A stretch of DNA of 64,000 nucleotides from Alistipes sp. (GTDB taxonomy: Bacteria > Bacteroidota > Bacteroidia > Bacteroidales > Rikenellaceae): assembly GCA_045602705.1 (NCBI GenBank), contig JAZSCB010000002.1, positions 15,054 through 79,053 of the forward strand. Direction: 5' to 3'. How positions within the stretch are numbered: position 1 is the first letter of the stretch; each line of letters begins with the position of its first letter. A program made the translations under genes and the position numbers. The notes beneath the pieces were generated by a model. That model was not told the origin of the DNA. It saw only the letters and a program-made list of their open reading frames with translations, and did no database searches. Below, piece after piece: positions 63,088 to 64,000 of this stretch.

Positions 63088-63119
63088 CCCACAACGTTTT
63101 GCGTTGTGGGTTCTTTTTC
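63088..63119 (+). terminator. rho-independent terminator after waaA
   Basis: CCCACAACG - TTTTG - CGTTGTGGG is followed by TTCTTTTT. Confidence 0.7.
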
Positions 63120-63120
63120 T

Positions 63121-63128
63121 TACCTTTG
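63121..63128 (+). promoter_or_regulatory. -7 promoter box TACCTTTG (DPP III-like gene)
   Basis: An exact match lies 25 nt upstream of the ATG at 63153. Confidence 0.55.
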
Positions 63129-63152
63129 GCAAGATATTTTAACCACTAACCT

Positions 63153-64000
63153 ATGAGAAAAATTACTGTTTTTACCGCTATGACACTTCTGTCGGGTCTC
63201 TTTATGGCCTGTAACAAGGAGGCCGCAACGGCCGAGCAGCCCTGGATCGTTGATCGTTTTGACGACATCAAGGTGATTCGCTATGAGGTTCCCGGTTTCG
63301 AGAATCTGCCTTTGGAGGAGAAGGAGCTGATCTACTACCTCACGGAGGCTGCCAAGTGTGGTCGTGACATCCTCTTCGACCAGAATTTCAAGTACAACCT
63401 GGCTGTGCGCCGCACGCTGGAGTGCGCCTACAACCACTATACGGGTGACCGCGAGGCTGCCGAGTGGAAGGCTCTGGAGAAGTACCTCAAGAAGGTATGG
63501 TTTGCCAATGGTATCCACCACCACTACTCCAACGACAAGTTCAAGCCCGAGTTCACGGAGGCCTACTTCCGCGAGGTGATCGCTTCGCTCACGGCCGAGC
63601 AGTTGGGTGAGCTGGCCGCCCTCCAGGAGGAGGTCGTACGTTCGATCTTTGATGCCGCCTTCGCCCCCTCGCGCCTCAACCAGGCAGCTGGTGTGGATGT
63701 GGTGGCCGCTTCGGCAAACAACTACTACGGTGAGGGTGTAACCCAGGCCGAGGCCGAGGCTTTCTATGCCGCCCAGGTGGACAAGAATGACCCCCAGCCC
63801 ATCTCCTATGGTCTGAACACCCGTCTGGTAAAGGACGAGAATGGCAACCTGAAGGAGTTGGTTTGGAAAGTGGGAGGTCTCTACTCGCCCGCCATTGAGC
63901 AGATCGTCTTTTGGCTGCGCAAGGCCGAGGCTGTGGCCAAGGAGCCCCAGAAGTCGACCATCGCCGCCTTGATCAACTACTACGAGACGGGTGACCTGCG
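63153..64000 (+). CDS. dipeptidyl-peptidase III-like (M49 family) lipoprotein, N-terminal part (runs off the right edge)
   Basis: My own translation gives MRKITVFTAMTLLSGLFMAC-NKE (lipobox) ...FENLPLEEKELIYYLTEAAKCGRDILFDQNFKYNLAVRRTLE...VWFANGIHHHYSNDKF. This resembles the N-terminal region of Bacteroides DPP III as I recall it. It is open-ended, so it is absent from the track. The HExxGH catalytic motif would lie outside the window. Confidence 0.7.
   Translation, partial: MRKITVFTAMTLLSGLFMACNKEAATAEQPWIVDRFDDIKVIRYEVPGFENLPLEEKELIYYLTEAAKCGRDILFDQNFKYNLAVRRTLECAYNHYTGDREAAEWKALEKYLKKVWFANGIHHHYSNDKFKPEFTEAYFREVIASLTAEQLGELAALQEEVVRSIFDAAFAPSRLNQAAGVDVVAASANNYYGEGVTQAEAEAFYAAQVDKNDPQPISYGLNTRLVKDENGNLKELVWKVGGLYSPAIEQIVFWLRKAEAVAKEPQKSTIAALINYYETGDL

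Noticed and set aside
1-64000. CRISPR arrays, rRNA genes, IS elements, integrases, conjugation or phage genes, and toxin-antitoxin pairs.
   Set aside because: I scanned both strands and the ORF track. There are no regularly spaced direct repeats, no transposase, integrase or relaxase-like products, and no terminal inverted repeats flanking any block. The window looks like stable core chromosome.

Overview
This window reads as a core chromosomal segment of a Bacteroidota genome, probably Bacteroidales. Evidence: a SusC/SusD pair, many TAnnTTTG -7 promoter boxes just upstream of start codons, lipoproteins with acidic residues right after the lipobox Cys, and no Shine-Dalgarno-like spacing. Third codon positions are visibly GC-rich, which produces very long antisense shadow ORFs in the track (up to 1106 aa); I reject these. 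I call 54 protein genes, two of them edge-truncated and absent from the track (gpmI at the left, a DPP III-like gene at the right), plus one tRNA-Asp(GTC). Housekeeping genes include alaS, nadC, murF, panCD, recQ, ackA-ptb-buk, pyrG, yidC, rnc-fabF-acpP and waaA. I saw no rRNA, CRISPR array, integrase, transposase or phage genes. Four loci deserve a second look. (1) 38.3-41.9 kb: a PqqD-like protein TAATG-coupled to a secreted Cys/His-rich protein, then a TonB-dependent receptor with a CxxxCC motif and a periplasmic HMA protein. This may be a metal or metallopeptide handling module, but it has no maturase. (2) 23.2-38.1 kb: a nine-gene SusC/SusD locus with no carbohydrate-active enzyme, encoding two leucine-rich-repeat lipoproteins and an S8 subtilase. 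(3) 10.3-14.6 kb: a CotH-like lipoprotein, a TonB-dependent receptor and a calycin-like lipoprotein. (4) 6.1-9.4 kb: an LtaS-like transferase ATGA-coupled to a DUF2156-GNAT fusion. A threefold ~73-bp degenerate repeat also fills the pyrG-yidC spacer. All family assignments come from motif recognition by eye and need HMM or BLAST confirmation.
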